DNA of 63,677 bases, the filler included, from Perkinsus chesapeaki ATCC PRA-425 (taxonomy: Eukaryota; Protista; Perkinsozoa): NCBI GenBank assembly GCA_013115145.1. It is 8 parts of 8 records of this genome, joined end to end, with 100 filler letters (N's around TTAATTAATTAA, not from the genome) between each part and the next. Parts side by side here need not be neighbours in the genome. Positions count along the whole stretch, not along the records: positions 60,893 to 62,258 come from JAAPAO010002014.1; positions 62,359 to 63,677 come from JAAPAO010002040.1; 6 more parts are not named here. One strand, written 5' to 3'. Numbering within the stretch: position 1 is the first letter of the stretch; each line of letters starts with the position of its first letter. The position numbers and the translations under genes were made by a program. The notes beneath the pieces are model-generated. The model saw only the letters and a list, made by a program, of their open reading frames with translations, was not told the DNA's origin and made no database searches. Shown one piece after another: positions 60,893 to 63,677 of the stretch.

Positions 60893-61929
60893 GTCGTGAT
60901 GGTAGATCATTATTTACAGTTGTTGATATGATACGTGAAGGTCGTGCCTGTCTTGCTACCAATGTTGCTACCTATTCATTCTTCATTGTTTACGCTTTCA
61001 TCTTAACAAGCTCTAGAGTGGTTGGAACTATAATCGGCAATCAAGTGCCTGGTGAGTGGTTCTGGATTTCCCAGGATATACTTATCAGTGTTATTATGGT
61101 ATGGACGATGACGCTGTGTGGGCCGTCCAAAAAGCTGGCAGACTACCGTCCAAGCGGATCCCTGCTTGGTTGGAGGACAATCCTGGTATGCTCACTGCCG
61201 ATCATATCATTCTTCATAGCCGAGATGGTAGCCTTTGGCATCCTATGGTCACCATCAAATAGGGAATGGTATCGCCGAGTGAACACCCTCGATCTCCATG
61301 TGCCACCGCAGGAGTGGGCGAAGAAGGGAGACAACTACGATATGCCTGTCCAAGTCTTTCTCATGTTGACTACTCTCAGCACGCACGCGTATGTCTCCAG
61401 CTATGGAGGAGCATTCAGGAAGAGTGTCCTTAGGAATTGGGCTCTTAACGTCATGTACATCGTCGTTAATGTCCTACTATTTTCGCTGCTGTGGCTTCAG
61501 CCAGGTGATTTGCCCTGCGTCTATCGCATCAATTGCGATACTGGTGCCTCACTCGCTACTGCGGGAATTCCTCTCATCGAGCAGTACTCAGTCGGATCAG
61601 TTGGTGGATGCTTTCTTGGTCCTCAAGTGAACACATACCAGACAGCTGTGCCAGAGCTGAGCGCGTGGTCTCCCGACCCAGCCAGCGATTGCCGTCCGTC
61701 TGGCCCAGGATCGGAGGCTGCGCTTGAGATGTTCCCCTGGACTTCACCAGCTATTTCAACTCTAGGCTATGATGGTCCTAATAATGTCTACCCGGTGTCG
61801 TTCCGAATCGTCATGACTATCATTCTTGTCGTCTACATTATCTTGCAGCATCTCATCTTCCGCTTTGGCCTTGCCGGCTCTTATTGGCGGAAGTGGATAG
61901 GAAGACGCGGACTCTCGAGAGCAGACTAA
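60893..61929 (+). CDS. P5-type (ATP13A-like) cation-transporting ATPase, C-terminal part
   Basis: IREGRACLAT followed by TM helices and LADYRPSGSLLG. The 5' part lies in the gap. Confidence 0.85.
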
Positions 61930-62358
61930 AACTATCGAAAGTCGTGCTCAAGTGTTTACTACATTGGCTACATGCCATTGTTTGAACTAGAGTAACCCAG
62001 TAAAACGGTAAACTGTATGCACCGGTGATGGCTCCTGTTCTATTGAGCTCAGCTCGTTAAATTTTTATAAGCAGAACGCTCATCATGTTAAGTGCATGCT
62101 AGTAGAGCCTTGTTAACGGGTTATCAACCAATATTATGACCCGCGATGAGACTCCCAACTGTCTCATCGCGGTGTCATCCCATGGCCTTGCGGCCACTCA
62201 ACTTAGGTCAGGCTTTGTACTACTTTTTAAATCCTCCTTACCCTTTTCTTCATGTCGTNNNNNNNNNNNNNNNNNNNNNNNNNNNNNNNNNNNNNNNNNN
62301 NNTTAATTAATTAANNNNNNNNNNNNNNNNNNNNNNNNNNNNNNNNNNNNNNNNNNNN

Positions 62359-63513
62359 CTAGTTCTCGGTATCCTCCTCTCTTATGATTCAGAGGGCCTC
62401 GTAGTCGATTGCAATCGACGCCCCGGTCTGGGGAAGGCTAAGCGCTTACTGGAAAGTACCAGTTGGTCACGACAGATAGTGTACCGGATCGGAGGAGCCC
62501 TGGGAGTTGATAAAGCGGGACTCCATGCTGAGATTAAGCCCCTATGTGATGCAGCTCGTCGTCTTTTCGGACGAGTACCCCAAACAGTAGCTTGGACGAC
62601 ATTGCTATCTGAAAGCGATCTGACACCTCTACAACGAGAGTGCTGGTTACGCCTTCGGCAGCACATGTTGGCTTACATAGAGGACGGTCTGTCTAAGCCA
62701 TGTCACCATTGCACACCAATCTGTTCCCCAACAGAAGTTAGACGGTTGGTTCTACAGACAGACTCTAGTGGCTCGGGTGGGGGATATTATATTTACCTCG
62801 AGCTCTCTTCTGGTCGGGAGGTACCCTTGGTCACTGACAGCTGGATCTGGTCGCCCCGCCAAGCCCGGTACCACTCCAACCGCAGAGAATTAATTAGTCT
62901 GTTTCGCGGTGTATCCGGGGCCGCGAGGCTTGTCCAGCAACTTCAGACCACTCAATATAGTTCTTGCCAACCGCTCAGGGAATGGCTCCAGGTTGTCATT
63001 GAGTGCGACAATGCAGCGTCCGTCCGCTGGTGCCAAACTACGGCATCTACCCTCAAGGTTACCGCCGTCGAGAGGGATGCCATCATCCGTTTGGTCGGCG
63101 CGTTGGGGTCGCAGCTGCACACTATTAAGGCCATCGTCCCCTACGAAATCAGACATCTAGCGGGAGCAGCTAATAAGCGTGCGGACGGCCTAAGTAGGGT
63201 GCTAGAGTCTCCTATTCCCGGCACGTCATCTACTCTACACTCTTTGTTACGAGCCGTCGTTGCCGAGAACAACCCAGCTGCTAAGGGTCGTAAAAAGACA
63301 CTCTTTGAGACTGCAGAAGCTCAACATGCCGAAGCTGGACATGACGCCGATATGGACTGGTGCTCGGAAGGCTGTCCTGGACATACCCTACCAGTTGCTG
63401 ATACACATACCATCTATGAAGAAGGGGTCCGTCTGGTTAGTGACTACCTTCCCTTCGTTACCCCTGAATTACAGACAACTGCATTCGTTGATCACTGCCG
63501 CGCGACCCGCTAG
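62359..63513 (+). mobile_element. Retrotransposon pol fragment (RT thumb - RNase H)
   Basis: VLGILL, LVLQTDSSGSGGG, YHSNRRELISL, IECDN and RHLAGAANKRADGLSR. Open from the gap edge. Confidence 0.85.
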
Positions 63514-63677
63514 GCGGCAGCTGAGGAGGACGTAGTTCCCCCTCAACAGTCGCCCCTGGTGCGCAGATTGAAGGAATGCAGCTGGGGGGCGGGGGATATG
63601 TTCTATATGGTGGCGGTTATGCGTTGGAGTCTCCGTGCATGGAAGAAGGTGACCAGTGAGGCTGTCATAGAGCCGGT

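Larger units (their letters stand above)
15816..62358. other. Seven assembly gaps with TTAATTAATTAA linker (15816-15915, 35424-35523, 46515-46614, 48170-48269, 59279-59378, 60793-60892, 62259-62358)
   Basis: N runs with a six-frame-stop linker. True gap sizes are unknown, so adjacency across gaps is uncertain. Confidence 0.97.

Noticed and set aside
62653-62666. CTTCGGCAGCACAT resembling the U6 snRNA 5' end
   Set aside because: Short match inside the retrotransposon reading frame, with the rest of U6 absent.

Overview
This is a eukaryotic draft-scaffold window, not a prokaryotic one. It has many short GT-AG introns and seven 100-nt N gaps carrying a TTAATTAATTAA linker. The gene and retroelement style fits the alveolate parasite Perkinsus (probably P. 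marinus), which is an inference and not a database result. Recognisable host genes: AIP1/WDR1, an FkbM methyltransferase fused to Sel1 repeats, an Aurora-like kinase exon, a GT17 glycosyltransferase, tRNA-Arg(ACG), a myristoylated PP2C, an RNPS1-like RRM protein, tRNA-Lys(CTT), a Qc-SNARE, a MATH-domain protein, an S28 peptidase, a Rubisco-LSMT-like SET protein, a P5-ATPase 3' part and several small secreted orphans. Mobile DNA: a ~610-bp MITE, a ~2.9-kb decayed element inside an 8-bp minisatellite, a PIF/Harbinger transposase with a GATC-packed flank, two LTR-retrotransposon pol fragments and a foreign-looking orphan contig. The strongest unexplained signal is a family of at least 8 (up to 11) stereotyped scars: an 8-bp word minus its last base, then its reverse complement, then the word minus its first base. 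This is what hairpin-mediated (hAT-type) transposon excision followed by microhomology joining would leave. Two internal controls support it: a nearby duplicate preserves the empty site, and removing another scar restores a reading frame. Coordinates of multi-exon genes are approximate manual splices.
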